A DNA stretch of 63,986 bases, filler included, from Streblomastix strix (lineage: Eukaryota), in the NCBI GenBank assembly GCA_008636045.1. It is 3 parts of 3 records of this genome, joined end to end, with 100 filler letters (N's around TTAATTAATTAA, not from the genome) between each part and the next. Parts side by side here need not be neighbours in the genome. Positions count along the whole stretch, not along the records: positions 21,606 to 43,077 come from SNRW01000370.1; positions 43,178 to 63,986 come from SNRW01000413.1; 1 more part is not named here. One strand, given 5' to 3'. Position 1 is the stretch's first letter, and each line of letters begins with the position of its first letter. The position numbers and the translations under genes are program-made. Shown one piece after another: positions 38,591 through 53,223 of this stretch. The notes beneath the pieces are model-generated. The model ran no database searches and had not been told where the DNA came from. It saw only the letters and a program-made list of their open reading frames with translations.

Positions 38591-39983
38591 GAGTACTAAT
38601 ATTTTTAGCAATATCTTCGTATAATTCACCCTTTTTGACATACGAAAGTGTATTATCTGTAATAAATATAAAATTGAATGAATAGTGCGTTTCCTACTAG
38701 CTAAGTATGTCTGAGCTTAATTACACGTTCTTAAACTCATTTATCAACTGAGATAAACTTCAATGTAATTAGACTAATATAAAGTAATAAAAATAAATGA
38801 AATAATTTTCCATACCAATAATTAACTATTTGTTTATATCTTATCATATTCATTACAATATAACTTATTTGTTCACCTTATAATGCATGTCAATAAGTAT
38901 GTATTTTAGATTAAAGTTGATAAGTAAGTTAGAAAAAGAATAAGAAAATTGAAATCATTCACAAATTATATATAAAATAATTTTCATATTTATATTGTCA
39001 ACATAAATATCCTCTTCAGATTTGTATGTGAGCGATAAGTTCAAAGAAATGTTAATCAATGAATTATAAAATCGAATGGAAACTTATAGATATTTATGAT
39101 AGACATGAAAACAGTAAGTTAAAGAATAGTATCTAGAAAATTAGAATTAAAAAATTAATAATTAAATGTCTTTTTAAAGAATAATGATATTATCTTAAAT
39201 GTTATATATTGAGTGTTTAAACAACATTTTTATATAAATGAATATTTAACATTCAAATTAATTAAATAAGAAACTTTAAAGAATGAATAAAATGGGCATA
39301 TTATTCAATAAATTTAAATATAATGTTTGGAAAATAATATTGGTGAATAATACTAGAAAATATAACTTGATTAAAAGATTTTGGAACGTCAACGTTAAAA
39401 ATAAAGTAGAGTCGATATATTCATAATTGTTGCAATGATAATCAAATGATTAATAGAGACGTATTTTACTAAAAAGTTTAGAAAGTATGTTTCAAAAAAT
39501 TATTCAAGTGAAAATTTTTGTTTACTTTAGTGAAATAATTAAATGAACAAACATTAATAAGCAAATTATGAAAAAATTCTTTTAAATGTAGAGCAGAAAA
39601 GGCAAAAAATGAGCTACAATGATAAAAAAAATTAAATTCTGAATTTCAGGTACTAAAACAACTTTTTAATAAAAATTGAGTATTTCAATGTTTTAATATA
39701 TTAGTAATTAATGGAATGAAAATTAACTTATATGTCTAAAATTCATGAAATATCAATGAGCGAATACTTTGAAAACTTCCAAAAAATCTATCAATATAAC
39801 AAATCATTCAAATTGTACGCCATATATTGTAATAGAAACTCAAGTAACAAGTTTCCTAACTTTTATAACAATTACTATCATTTTATAAACACTAAACTAT
39901 AGCTATTAATCTTTCTAACAATTATAAGTTTTCTCAATTTTTCTCCATTAATATACATATTTATATATAATATTGAAAAGAAA

Positions 39984-40400
39984 ATGCCGAAAACACTTAA
40001 ATTGGAAGTGATCGTTGGGTCAAAAACTGCGAAATTAGTCGTGCTGGACGGTAATAGAATTCTCTTCGAAAAATATTCACGGCACATGATCGAAGTCGAA
40101 AAGACTGTTCGAAATTTTTTCGATGAAGCTTCGACTTTTCCCAAAAAATAACTTCAACACTATTCGTATGACTGGTAGAACTGGTATGTAGGTCACATAC
40201 GCACTGAAACTGCCTTTAATACACGATTTTGTCGAATGTGCATTTTCCGTTCGAAAATAGGATTTTACTTCATTTTGTTGTAACAATTTGCTCATTAATG
40301 TTGGTTTTCAAATATAGAATGCTCAAAAAATATATATGATACCATTTATTTGGAATAACGAGTTTTTTGTTAGTGGATAAATTTTGTATTCATTCATTGA
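39984..40400 (+). CDS. Hypothetical protein, 138 aa
   Basis: MPKTLKLEVIVGSKTAKLVVLDGNRILFEK..., open from ATG to TGA, locally higher GC. Confidence 0.4.
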
Positions 40401-41736
40401 ATCCTAATAATTAGACAAATAAATAAGTATATTAAGAATCATCATAGAAATTATTAATTATACGTATTATGAAGTTAATTTTGTTTCTTCAATTATATCA
40501 GTATCAATTTTGGAGAAATAGAAAGAAATAATTAATTTAGCAATAATATTTTGGAGTAATTTTACATAGTATTGATTCCGATAAATGTAAATATTTAGAT
40601 TAAATTATTCTATAATAAATGAAAAATGAATAAAAAAACCAAGAATGCATTGATCATAAATGATATTAGAATAATAGAAGCATTTTTGAACGAAGCTATT
40701 GCAAACTAAGATTTGGAATTAGCAACTCATCGGAGATATATCTAATATCTGATAATGTTAAATTATGTAAGTAAATAAAATATTTGCTGATTATTAAAAT
40801 TGGTACAAATTTTCGGAAAAGAAACAAATATTGGTTTGAAATATATAGCAACAGACTACGAGATTTTCTAAATATTTGAAACTATAAATGAGAGTTAAAA
40901 TCTGAATTAATAAAAAATAGTTGTATGATTCATTTATAACACATTATACTTTTTGATTTATTATGTTTATGTGTTTAAAGATAATATTTTTTCGATTTAT
41001 TTAAACCTGAGCTATTGTTTATCATATATATTGATAATATACCGAATCCATACCTTGAATTTAAACTAAATTCTGTAAAAGATTTATATATCCAGCTTTA
41101 GCATTAATTCAAATAAAAGGGTATCGAATTATAAAAGTACAATTCCTTCTTTCTTGTTATTCGAAATGAAATTGATTTTGCTTCCTTGTCAGATTAGACC
41201 CTCTTAGCTAATATGGAAAGTTGTTCAGTGAAACGAAAGGCATATATAAGGAGTAATATTGTGGCTAATGATTGTTAACATTTCTCTACGGACTCATGTT
41301 CCCTTGATTCTATTTATCGAGAGATAATCATAACTTCTTACGAAGAAAAAAAGCTAAAATTCTACTATCGACACACGTCCACTAAAATTCTAATTTTATT
41401 TTTCTTATGTTCTATATAAAATTTGCTTTCGAATAAGCGATGGGTGTATCTTTGTGACGTTTGGGAATTTTTATCATTGACATTTCCCCAAGAATTTCCC
41501 CAAGTGGCAAGGGTTAAATTTTATTAACAAATTAAATAATTAATAATTTCAATTAATTTCTTATACCATAAAAATATTTATTTTGCCATATTGAAATGAG
41601 TACTGTTATGCTAAAAATTTATTTAAGAAAATCACCAATTATATACAATATAAGGTAAAATAAAAATTGTATTGGATGTGAAATTTAAATCAGTCAATAA
41701 AACCACACTAAATTAATTGAAAAATAATAAGTAAGC

Positions 41737-43077
41737 TCAAGTTGGTACTATGAACTCTCCCTTTTCAATTTCAATTTTGTTTTCTGGTATTAATTAAAAA
41801 TAAAATAATGTAATATAAATAACAATAAATTTATTTAAAATTTAAATAATTAATATAATTAAATATACCTGGGTTCTACGCTAATCCTTTAAGAGTACTT
41901 ATTGAACTATCTTTTGTATTACTATCTGAACTATTGACGAGAGTTTTCAAATGAGAAATTATTTCTGTTTTCATTTCTCCTTATAATTCCTTTGATCTGT
42001 ATAGTTTACCAATACAGATTGTGGTTTTGTCCTTAACTTTTTTGTTTACATCCGTCCTCTTGAAAACGGAGTAGAGTTTATCAATTCCTCCAAAGTTTGA
42101 AATAATCTCAAACTGTGGATGTTAGAAAGTGGATGGCATTTATTTGACCCCTGCAAAAAGAATGTTTGATAGAGAATTGATGGCATACAAAATTACTTCA
42201 TTATCGGTATGATTGAGGAGATGTAGAAGATGTGGATATGGTTTTTTGGAATAAAGCATCAATTTTATTTCATTGCTGCCATTTGATAGTTATTGGATTA
42301 TATCAATAAAAGGTAATGTAACTGAAGATAGATCATGAGTGTCAAATATTAAGAAAAGGGAATCAACTATTCCTGAATTAATAATTGTTTTACGGAGATC
42401 ATTATCTTTTCTGTTTTAAAGAATGATATATAATAAATTGCAATACTCTTCTTGTTTATTTTATATCTTTTTCTTTTATTAGTCACTTTCTGTATAAGAT
42501 TTTGTTAATGCTTCTGAAATAGCTCTAAAATCAATTCCTTTTATTATTTCTGCTCGATTTTCTAATAATGTATATAGAAAAATATATTAATATTATTAAT
42601 AATAATACAAAATTTAAGTACAATAATATATATTATTATTAATAATAAAATTAAACAAAAATTTAGAAATTAAACCTTTGTTCTGCGCAAGTTATCCAAG
42701 CGTTATATTTGATTGATTTAATGTTATATGATCAGAATTATAGAAAATAGATACAAGATGATTAATAATATCAGTTCTCATTTTAATTGGAATCTATTCT
42801 GTCTTGTACAATAAGCCAATAATTATTGAAATTTTATCTCTTATTTGAATATCAACATCTGATCTTTTAAAAATCTAGAATAATTTCTAAATTCCATTGA
42901 TTGCTTATATTTCTTCAAAATGAGGATGTGATGATTAAGTTGAATTAATTGCAGGGTATAAAATGTTGAAGATAGAATCTACTGATCGTAATAATATTTT
43001 GTTATTTGAGTGATCAATAAGGCGAAATAGTTAAGAATAAGGTTTCTTCGAATAGAGAAGCAAATTAACTTCATCAG
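41737..43077 (-). CDS. Host ARM/HEAT-like repeat protein, 3' part, with two GT-AG introns (42562-42675, 41784-41868)
   Basis: Duplicated unit KKPY..L..L..H....HP.FE.I....GI.KL...FKR.DV...LAQN. Both introns are AT-rich and fall at the same repeat position. Ends [13 protein letters not shown]. Confidence 0.8.
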
Positions 43078-43177
43078 NNNNNNNNNNNNNNNNNNNNNNN
43101 NNNNNNNNNNNNNNNNNNNNNTTAATTAATTAANNNNNNNNNNNNNNNNNNNNNNNNNNNNNNNNNNNNNNNNNNNN
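43078..43177. other. Artificial contig linker
   Basis: N runs around TTAATTAATTAA. Confidence 0.99.
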
Positions 43178-45658
43178 TTGTGGGCTTATTTTTAAATGTA
43201 AATTTATCTTTACAAATATAACAGGGCTATCTAAATAATTTCTGGAAGTAATCATAATCATTTTCCTTCACATTATTATCAGTAGGCCGATGGGCTAATT
43301 TATCTTGGGACATATATCCGTCTACTTTAGCTTTCCAATATTAAGGAGTGAGATAGAATGGTAGGTCAAACGTATTGATACTATAATCGCCATCTAATTT
43401 GAATTCATTATAGGCCATTGAATACTTGACCGCATTAGCGCATGATGCCATCGAGATAAATTAAAACATATCTACTTTATATTCAAAGAATAGGTTAATT
43501 AAATTTTTTATCGGTTCGATCATTATTTCGGTATCTAGTATATTATAATGTTTAAGATAATCCCATCTATTATTGAATTATTTATAATCTTAGAGATAAA
43601 TTTAGTATTCTTCATCTGTATTCTAACTATTTTTCAACGTGTTATTGAACTCAGATTATTTAAAGGGGGTCGATTAAGATAGCTATTCTTCATAATTATC
43701 CCCCATCAAATCGTATGGAAATAAGCCCTTACTTTATTATTAGTTTGAAAAATTAAGTACAAATTAATTCAAGGTCATTGGTGGTGCTACAAATAAGAAG
43801 GCATCTAAAAATTTAAGTTTAACTGATAAATTATTGTGTGAAATAATTAACTACTTACAGAATTAAGAAGTTCCTAAATATCTAGTTATTTTCCATTAAC
43901 TTGAGGATAAATATGGAAATAATAAGGACATATCAAATTTAGCGGAATTATATCCAAGGATAGGAACTTCGATTGAATAGGGAAGAAGTTGATCTTCATA
44001 GTTATTTTCGTGTTTAATTTATAACGCTTCATTAAATATATTATTCAATCACAAATTAACGAAATTTGGTGTTCAAATATTGAAATAAATCGATTTAGTA
44101 CCTTTAGAAGAATAAATAATGCTCGCAACTGATAGGAGGATTAGTTTAGATATTAATTTACTAAATATACCAAAATTAGTATTTATTTTTTATTCGAATG
44201 TTTCAAAACCATAAGTAATAAAATATTGTGTTGGTTTTAATTCTCTAGTTCTATTTTGTGCGAGTAGATAACGATAGGTATTATTTTACATAATATGCGG
44301 TACGAAAGATCGTTGAATGTTATCTAACTTAACTTATTTCTTAATTTAACCATTATTTAGCCGACATTTATCTATATCTTTAGCCATGTTCTCTTTAGTG
44401 TGCCGATCTACCTAAAAGCAGAGATTCTAGCAAATTGGACAAAATAATAGTCCTGTCAAACGATATTTATCAATAACTAATAATGTATAGATATTAATAC
44501 AGTTTAATTCTTCAGATTAGATAAATAGTAAATTGATTTCGTTATTTCCTTCAATTGGAAAAGATTAGGCTAAAAAATAGCGAAAGAACTGTCGTCCTAT
44601 TCATAGCAAAATGAGTTAACAGATAAGTGTAACTATTTATGGATTAATTATATATCAGTTGCATAATTGAAGCCCTCGAATGTTTTAGGGTTAAATTCCC
44701 CATAAAATAGATTACCTATTTCCTTCATCTTTGCAAGTACTTATTTATCGTAATATCTTTTCTCCTTTGTATCTTTCAGTTAATATCTGGCAATTGCTTC
44801 CAACACGCAGATATTGAGATATGGTGAATTTACATATCTGAGACATAAGCGCTTCTTGGATAAATGTAGCTTAATACTTGGAATTTGTCTACAACTGATT
44901 GGAAGTAGATAAGCTGTTGCGCACATTGATTATATTGCTATATATTTTTCCTTTGTATCAGTTAATGAACATTCTTAGACAGAGATAATTAGTGATTCAA
45001 TATATTTCTTATATAATTAAATATCTTATTAAATACGTACTAATATTGGGGATCTTCTTTCGGTCATTGATTCTCTAGGGATAATATAACCATAAGTAAT
45101 CCGTTCATCATTATTTTTATCTCTATCTCTACGCTCATAAATAAATCCAAAATCAATAGCTAATTTATAAATTATATTTTTCTTTAAAGTGTGAATTGAA
45201 TCGTTTAAATCATATATATTTAATACACTTTTTATTTATTAATTATAATATGCTATTGTTATTGGATTTCGTTCAACGTGATTCTAATCTGAGAAATTTG
45301 ATTTGGCGTCGTTGAGTACTTTAGTAAATTCTTCTAGATCTGCAGGATGAGCTAATGATAGTAGACCTTCCTTAACTAACTTTAATAATTTACGTTAACG
45401 TGTTAATTCGATTTACTAACTAATTTCTTATAATTAAAGTTAGAAAATATATTATAATTTTGGTTCTAATTGTTACTTTATTGTTGCAAAATCAACTGTT
45501 GGAGTTATTGGTTAACGTTAATAAAATTAGTCATCTAATCAAGCGTCAATGTCAATCATAAATTTTGTTAGAACATCATAATTATTTCTTGTACCTTTTA
45601 GTGGAAAGTTATTTTTATCAGGTACTCGCTTTAATTATTACTTCAATTATTAATACAT
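43178..45658 (-). pseudogene. polB: Protein-primed PolB, N-terminal and exonuclease part, cut by the contig start
   Basis: FITYGFET, LGYNSAKFDMSL, KFLDA, KGLFPYD, HYNILDTEIMIEPI, ISMASCANAVKY. Confidence 0.88.
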
Positions 45659-45945
45659 TCTACTACTTTTCAATTGCAAAGATATGATATGAAGTAAATT
45701 TAATAGCAAGCTTTTTTATAGGACTGTTTATAATAATAAAAAATTAGTTTTATTTTATCTAGATAAGTTAAAGTCAAATTATCTGGCTAAATGGGTCCGC
45801 TCTTTTGGAGCTAGCTAGATGTGGCGATTAATTTCACTATGGCCCCTTAATTAATTATAGCTCAAATTTCAGTTAGAAAAAAGGTAGTTTGCACCAACGA
45901 AATAAATTCCAAAAATTTCAACTAGAGTTATTTTACAGGGAGAAA

Positions 45946-46368
45946 TGTAGTATAGTCTTGGTAATCTTGCTTCATTAATAGTTAAATTTATGGGCTAACT
46001 TAATTATAAAGGCCTCAAAAACGTGCTAAAACAAACGAAAAGAACTAAATGTTGAATAATTTGACCTTTGTCCCCACATTGCTTCGTCTCTCGGCTTGCG
46101 GTCACGACAATAATATATTTCTTCCCAAAAAATAACGTAAAATAGCTAAAAGAATAAAATTAACGCCAATTTTGGGGAAAACAATGGGAAAAATAATTCA
46201 TAAAAGAATGAAGAAATAATATATCCAAGCGTATTAAATAAAAAATAGGTCAAATTATTCAACATTTAGTTCTTTTCCTTTGTTTTAGCCCGTTTTTGAC
46301 GCCTTTATAATTAAGTTAGCCCATAAATTTAACTATAAAAAAAGCAAGAGTACCAAGATTATACTACT
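45946..46368. mobile_element. Foldback element with ~120-bp TIRs between two polB genes
   Basis: 45946-46066 TGTAGTATAGTCTTGGTA...GAATAATTTGACC is inverted at 46248-46368 (...TACCAAGATTATACTACT). Confidence 0.8.
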
Positions 46369-46486
46369 AAGCTTATAATAGTATAATTAAATATATTTGA
46401 AAAATATGATGTATAAATGATATATATAACTTTACACAAATGACTATCACAAATGAATATATTAATCTTTAAAATTAATGATATCA

Positions 46487-49370
46487 TCAATCAATTATGT
46501 AATGATCAGTACTAATTCCATACTTCAATGGAACACAGCATCCGTTAGATAATACAACCATCTTATTATGAATTCCTGTAAGCACTGACTTTTCCATAGT
46601 TATCACTGACATTATATCCATTTTCATCTATAAATTATTAGTTGTCACATTGATGTTACACCCATCATTCAAGCATTTAATGTAGTCATTAGTTGTTAAA
46701 TTTGCATTCTTCTCACTTACACCTTTCATCCTATTCAGCAATAATACTATGTCATCATTTTATTCATTTCCATTGTACAAATGATGATATTTAGGTGCAA
46801 GACAAACAATATTTTCACCTTATGATTCAATCGTGATACCCATCAATTTCTTCACTTCAGAAACAGTACAATTATCCCATGTCAATCATTCTTTATAATG
46901 TAAATCATAAAATTTTAATCCATAATTTCATATTTCAATCCTTATTTATATCCTTAAATTTATGATCCTGCAGTATCTAAATGCATTGAATCAGTTTTTA
47001 AATTACAGAAATGAACTTTATCCATATCAATACATTAACGGAGATAGTTATATACAAAATTTAGATATCAAAATTTGTTATTATTTAGAGTAAATTCAGC
47101 TTCCTGATGAGGCAAATTACATTTAAGTTATCTAAATGATTCACTAATCATAAGTTATGCTTCATCAATAAGTTTGCCATCAGAATTATATGTATCATCA
47201 CTTATTTTCCATATTGTTTTTTGACATTAATTTCTTAATTTGATTGATGCATGTCTAGCATTATTAAAGAAAATCTTATCAAATTTAGCACTATTTTATA
47301 TTTTTCCTCTGAAAGTACTATTTAGAATTTGTTTTTAGTATAGAGATTTTGTATCATTATATTAGCTAATTGCTTCTTATCTCTTACACATCATTGTACA
47401 TACAAATGATTCAAATCCTAAGCGTTTATCGAATAATGCTATTGAATCAATATCATCAATAATTAAAGTTAAAAATCAGAATATATTATTGTTTTAGTTA
47501 CATGAATATATCTAAGTTTATTTGTGTGCGTGATTCCTTTTAAATTAAATTAATAATACACATTAGATAGTACATCTTACATACATTCCATTAAAATATG
47601 ATACATAGACTCATTGTTAATTGTCATAGGTAGATGTTCATGGAAAATATATTTCATTAATTATATCTTTAATTTACTAATATCATTATCTTTATCAGCC
47701 TTAACTATTTTATATATTTGACATACTAGTTAACAATTCTATTTTGAATGACCAATTGAATTATATACTCTATCTAATGTAGGTTTATTTTCTTTAGTGA
47801 ATTAGTTGTGGCAGAAATGATATGACTCATTTATTACTTTATCCTCAATCAAATCGATATACTCTTCACTAACATTATTAGCTATATCTCTTTTTGCTCA
47901 TTCTTCTAGATGGACATATCGCCGAACTATGTTATTCCGCCAGTATTAGTAACTTCAAATTATTCAAAACTATTTACAATATTATAATTTATATTAATAT
48001 CAAACTTTTCATAACAATATTAACTTTTAATTTAACTAGCAATTTGAGCTAATTATATACAGCCTAACATACCAGCTTTTTCATCCCAAGTTATTTGAAT
48101 TATATTATTGAAAGAATTATTCATACTGATAACATCTCCAATATTATTGTGCTTTATATACTCTCTTTTATCAGTGAAATTAACTAAATAATCTAAGAAC
48201 TAATCATATTTCTCGTCACTAATGTATATATAATTCAGTTTATCCTAGAAATCTTCCTTATTGAATGGTGATGTTTATCTTAGTACATATTTATTATTGT
48301 TATAATTGAATGATCTGTGTGGAAATATACCCTTTGCTAATTTTATTCCATTAGTCCCAAATTTCTCAACGAACTATTTTAATATGTTTGATTGAATGAA
48401 GGATAATATATCAATAAATCTCAAATCAAAATCAAAATACTAATGTGATGTAATTATTTGTTTAACTTTAGAAGTTGATCTTGTATATTAAATTTTAGTA
48501 TTATTTTTATTAAGTGGTTTAGTAATAGATTCATTTCAAACTTCTTAGAATTGAATCCTATAACTGATACTTGAGTTTTATGTGGAATATAATGCTTCTC
48601 ATCAATTGTAACATCAGGAATGTGTGATTAATTAACTTCATTAACTTAAATAGCAATTATAAACAATTTACTTATTCATTATTCAATAAAATCAGATCCA
48701 TCACTCAAAGAGTTAGAATGCAAAGCATCATCACGTAAGTCAAAATATATTAAAGTAATAATAACGTTTACTGTTGTATCTGATGCTACTGATAATGGTT
48801 CTAATTAAGCAGGTACGTAATCTGCATCATTAATTATATTCTCTACTGTTTCAAAATCAAATATAATGTAATTAAGTGTTGGTGTTGGTAAATCAGAATA
48901 ATTTGTTGCTAACAATTTCTATAGTAACTAATTTTTGAAATATGTGGATAATATGGTTTCGATTAATGAAATAATTTAACTTATTTACATATCTCATGAA
49001 TTTAACAATACTTCAAATGTCTTACAAGATCATGCTTATAATTCGAATTCTTAGAATAAAATTTCATCTAACAGTTGTTAGTACAGAATTTTCTGTTAAT
49101 TACTTTATGATTCTCACTAATATAGATAACATGAACTTCATCCTTTAATGACAATGGAACTAATAATACATGAACAGTTTGAAAATTTTTATCAAAAAAT
49201 ATGCTCTTAAAATTTATTAAATTATTCAACTTCATTATTTTTCGTTTTATGTTCATTTCATCAAATGTGTAAGAGTGCTTCTAGACCAAAATACAAAATC
49301 TATATTTTCTGTTTTAATAATTTTGCATCAATTTTAATAAGACACTATGTAAGTTTATTTTTTGCAATTA
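46487..49370 (-). pseudogene. polB: Protein-primed PolB, heavily decayed, motif A region apparently deleted
   Basis: IIFDFET, VIGFNSKKF, KGIFPH, CHNQF...PTLDR...GHSK insert, KQILNSTF, TDSMH, LAPKY, MKGV, VVLSNGCCVP. Confidence 0.85.
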
Positions 49371-49425
49371 TTCTTCATTTAAAAAGTTTAAAAAATAAAA
49401 AAATTTATATTAAATCTCAGAAAAT

Positions 49426-50853
49426 ATGGCAAAAAATCTAAGTGTGAAGTCAAAGAAAGAAATAGAATATGATAATATAAAGTTAAAATAAGAATTATTG
49501 GAATTAAAGAAATAATAAGATGAAAAAGACCACGGAACCCATGAATTTGCTGACTCTTTACAATAATGTTATCAAATTCCTGTGCGCTCGGCCGCTTTAA
49601 TTGGATAATCTCTTGCAGAAATTTGTCGTGTTTCAATATTAAAAATATCAAGGGAAGAATATTATGCAACTTATGGACGAATTCTCATAGAATATTTTTG
49701 AGGAACTCAGGATTTACGAAATGTAACTCGAAACAGTGACGGAATTTATTAACAACATTTGCAAACATTAATATAATTCATCGTTTACTACTCAAACCAT
49801 TTTTGTACGAACTAATTAGGATGAGATATTTAAAATAGATGAAAATCTGTAGATTGCAAGATATCACAAATATTGGCTTACTGCTGATGGTAAAGAAGTT
49901 ATTACGCTGATATTTGATGTGACAAATCTCATATAACTAAAAATTGCTCCAAAAAATGAAGTATAGAAGAGAAACTTAAATTTTAGTTAGAAAAAAGAAA
50001 CGAAAAAAGCGAAAATACTTAAAAGAAGGAGGAAAATTCCGAAGAATAAGAGCAACAGTCTGATATTACGAAATAATCAAGATATGATAACCTAGTAGAA
50101 AATGGACACTTCAGCAACGATCCAGTAAGAGTAATAGTAGACGAGTAAACAATTTAAGAACCAGTATCTAATATTCTCAAAAGAAATAATTCATTTTGGG
50201 AAGATGAATTTGTTAATAAAGAACTGATTCCTCATGACAATTCAAGTTTCATTGAAGATGAACCAGCTGATAAAATTAAAGTTGTAGAGTTAAAAAGAGC
50301 AGAAGCAGTTATTCTTAACAAAGTCTTTTAAGGAAATTTCTATTTTAATGAATTTTATGCACTAAATGAGTCATATTACGGAATATTTCAGATTCTTGGA
50401 GAGAAAAGAAATGTTTTTATAAGTAAAAAGTATGTTTTTCTATTTTTTCAAGCAACTCATCCCATTTCTTAAGATGTAACATTCATCAATTGATTCGAAA
50501 TCAGTTAATTTGATACAACCTTCATGCAAAACAGATACATGCGACTAGTGCAACGAAGCGGATATAATATTTTTAAAAATGCAAAGAGGGAAGATTTCAT
50601 TTGATGAATTTGAAAATTCTAGCTAATAGAAGTTACGCAATTGGGTTACACACATGAATAGATCTTAACATTAAAGGGATTATCATCAGTTCAGAAACAT
50701 GGCGCTTGCAAAAGGAGAAAGCACATTCTTGACAGATTATAAAGGGAACCTCAAAGTTTCTACAGAAATTGTGTAAACATCACATTCATTTTATGTAAAA
50801 AGACCAATAACTTGTTTATCTTCTATCTGGTATAAAAAGAATGATACAAGATG
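49426..50853 (+). pseudogene. Degenerate hypothetical protein
   Basis: Long coding-like frames from MAKNLSVKSKKEIEY broken by TGAs and shifts. No family recognised. Confidence 0.4.
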
Positions 50854-52749
50854 AATATTAAAAAAATAATTACAATTGTTTCTTTGATATTGAGCAATTT
50901 TATTTGTTTTCGATCGATGGTCCCCATTTCCGAAACCAATAAGTTGTATGCCCATTACTTCGAAATTCAGAACTATTAATCCTACGAATCAGATTCCAAA
51001 TCAATTACACTGAACTTCTACATGGCAAAGAAGAAATTGATCCTTTATTTGGAAGTTATCAAACTATGAAAAATAATGACAGATTATGCATTCATGAGGT
51101 ATTAATTTATGAGAATAATTTAAATATGTTAATGATAATTTATAAACTTTAAGTATATTAAATTTAGTCACGAGGATGACTTTATCGTTGCATCACACTT
51201 AAGCAATGAGGAAAATGGAGTTAATTAGAAAATACGTATATAGATTCTTCAGAAATATTCTGAAAATATTTTAAAGAGGTCAACTGTATTAATTGAAGAT
51301 AACGAAGAATGAAAATAATATATATATTTTTATTATACTTGCAAATTCAAACATATTTAAAACATCTGTTCTTAGTTTAAATTTAAATTTATTATGTTTT
51401 GAAATAAAAATTAAAAAAAATTTAAAACCTAAACATTTTTGTCAAAAATTATTTTCAACACAAATGATACATATTAGTTTATTTTAAGTGAATATCTATT
51501 AATTTTTTAATAATAAAGTAGATGCTGTGTTTTGATCTGGAAGCACCAACTTGAAAGTTCCTTTTTTAAAAATAGTATTTTTTAAAAAAATCCATTGTCA
51601 TCAAAGCTGAGAATTTTGTGATTTTATGGCAAATAAAGGCAATGGAGATGAAAAAGATATCTTAGAATTTTTGATTAATTATATCGTTAATGCACTGGAA
51701 CTGAAATAAAAAATCAGAGAAAAATAATAATTTATTTACAATTATTTTTTATATTATTTATATAAAATAAAAATTTATTTATAAGAGTTCAACAATAATC
51801 AACCTCAAAATTTTACTCCACTTTTTAATTCATTGGAAATATAGAAATAAAAGATATATGCGCTACATTTCATATTATCAGATTATGAATATAAATTTAT
51901 TAATCAATATATCAAATAATTAACTTTAAATTAATATAATTACTCCAAATATTTTTTTAGAATTGAAACAAAACAAAAATTAAAACACTATAAGAATATA
52001 AAATCTATTAGGAAATGTAGAAAATTTATATTAAGAGAAATGTTTACTTCGAATAAATTTCAATTTTTAAAATTATAATTTTTTTATAATAAATTAATAA
52101 ATAAATAAAAATAATAAAATTAGAATAAAATTGAATGTAAATAAATAAAATTATTAAATAAATAAAAAATAAACACAAATAATAAATTAATCGAAAAATT
52201 ACAACTGATAAAAGGAACTAAACCCTCAAAAATTACACAAAAGGAGATGGATTATTAATGTGATAGCAATGATGATGATCAACATAATCCTAATATAAAA
52301 ATAGCAAAATATGAAAATAAATCTAGTAGGTCTGAAAAAAGACTGAATTAAGTCATTATGATGAACTCAATAATGAATTATAAAATCTTTAATTGGATTG
52401 AAATTCAAAAAGAAAAAATATCAAAAAAATCTTAATAATATTCGTTGGGAATCGAACTTATCAAATAGAAATTAACTTAAATAAATATTAAGGAAATTCA
52501 ATCAATAAATTTGATTCAAATATTTCACCAAATGCAAATATATCTTCACTGCAATCAAGTAAGTGAAAAAGAAGATAAATAAATAAATATAATTAAATAT
52601 ATATTTTTAAAATATACTTTTAAATTAAAATTCACTCTTACTTCAATTAATTTAATTTCAGTAATTCAACTCATCATTTATTTAAGTTCAAACTTTTAAG
52701 GCAGATCAAATGAATAATGAGACAAAATTAGGTAAAATCATCTATATCA

Positions 52750-53223
52750 GTTAGTGTGTATGTGCTAGTGGAGTGGACAAATGAAGTGAATTATCCATAT
52801 AAGACAAAAGTCAAGACAAGACAAATCTTGTGGACCTCAATAATTTTTGTCTGCCATCTTCCATATGCCATAAATGAAATTGTTAGTGAAATTCATTAGA
52901 GATATTCATCAGAGATAGACATTTTTTTGGAAATGAATGGTTTTATAATTATTGGAAATCTTTCAATATATTTATGAAAATAAGGACAATACAAATTAAA
53001 AAATCTATATTTGGATGGTTGCCATAAATTAATTATTATGGAAGTGCAATTTAGGTAGAGCGTTCATCAGTTATGGAGAATTAGACTCGAAATGAATGAT
53101 ATAGCGTTCTGTCACTATGGCAAATGTTTTCCACAAACCTCCAAGGAATTTTCTCGTCTTATTTTTTGTCTTGAATAGATATATATATAATATTACCTAT
53201 GATTCTAGCACATACACACTAAC
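52750..53223. repeat. Inverted pair of the viral cis-motif around a ~240-bp remnant
   Basis: GTTAGTGTGTATGTGCTAG (52750) is perfectly inverted as CTAGCACATACACACTAAC (53205-53223). Confidence 0.7.

Noticed and set aside
38780..39900. Coding-like K/N-rich frames
   Set aside because: Too fragmented to assign a product or boundaries.
51100..52700. Possible genes in the extremely AT-rich stretch
   Set aside because: Low complexity, with no convincing frame or motif.
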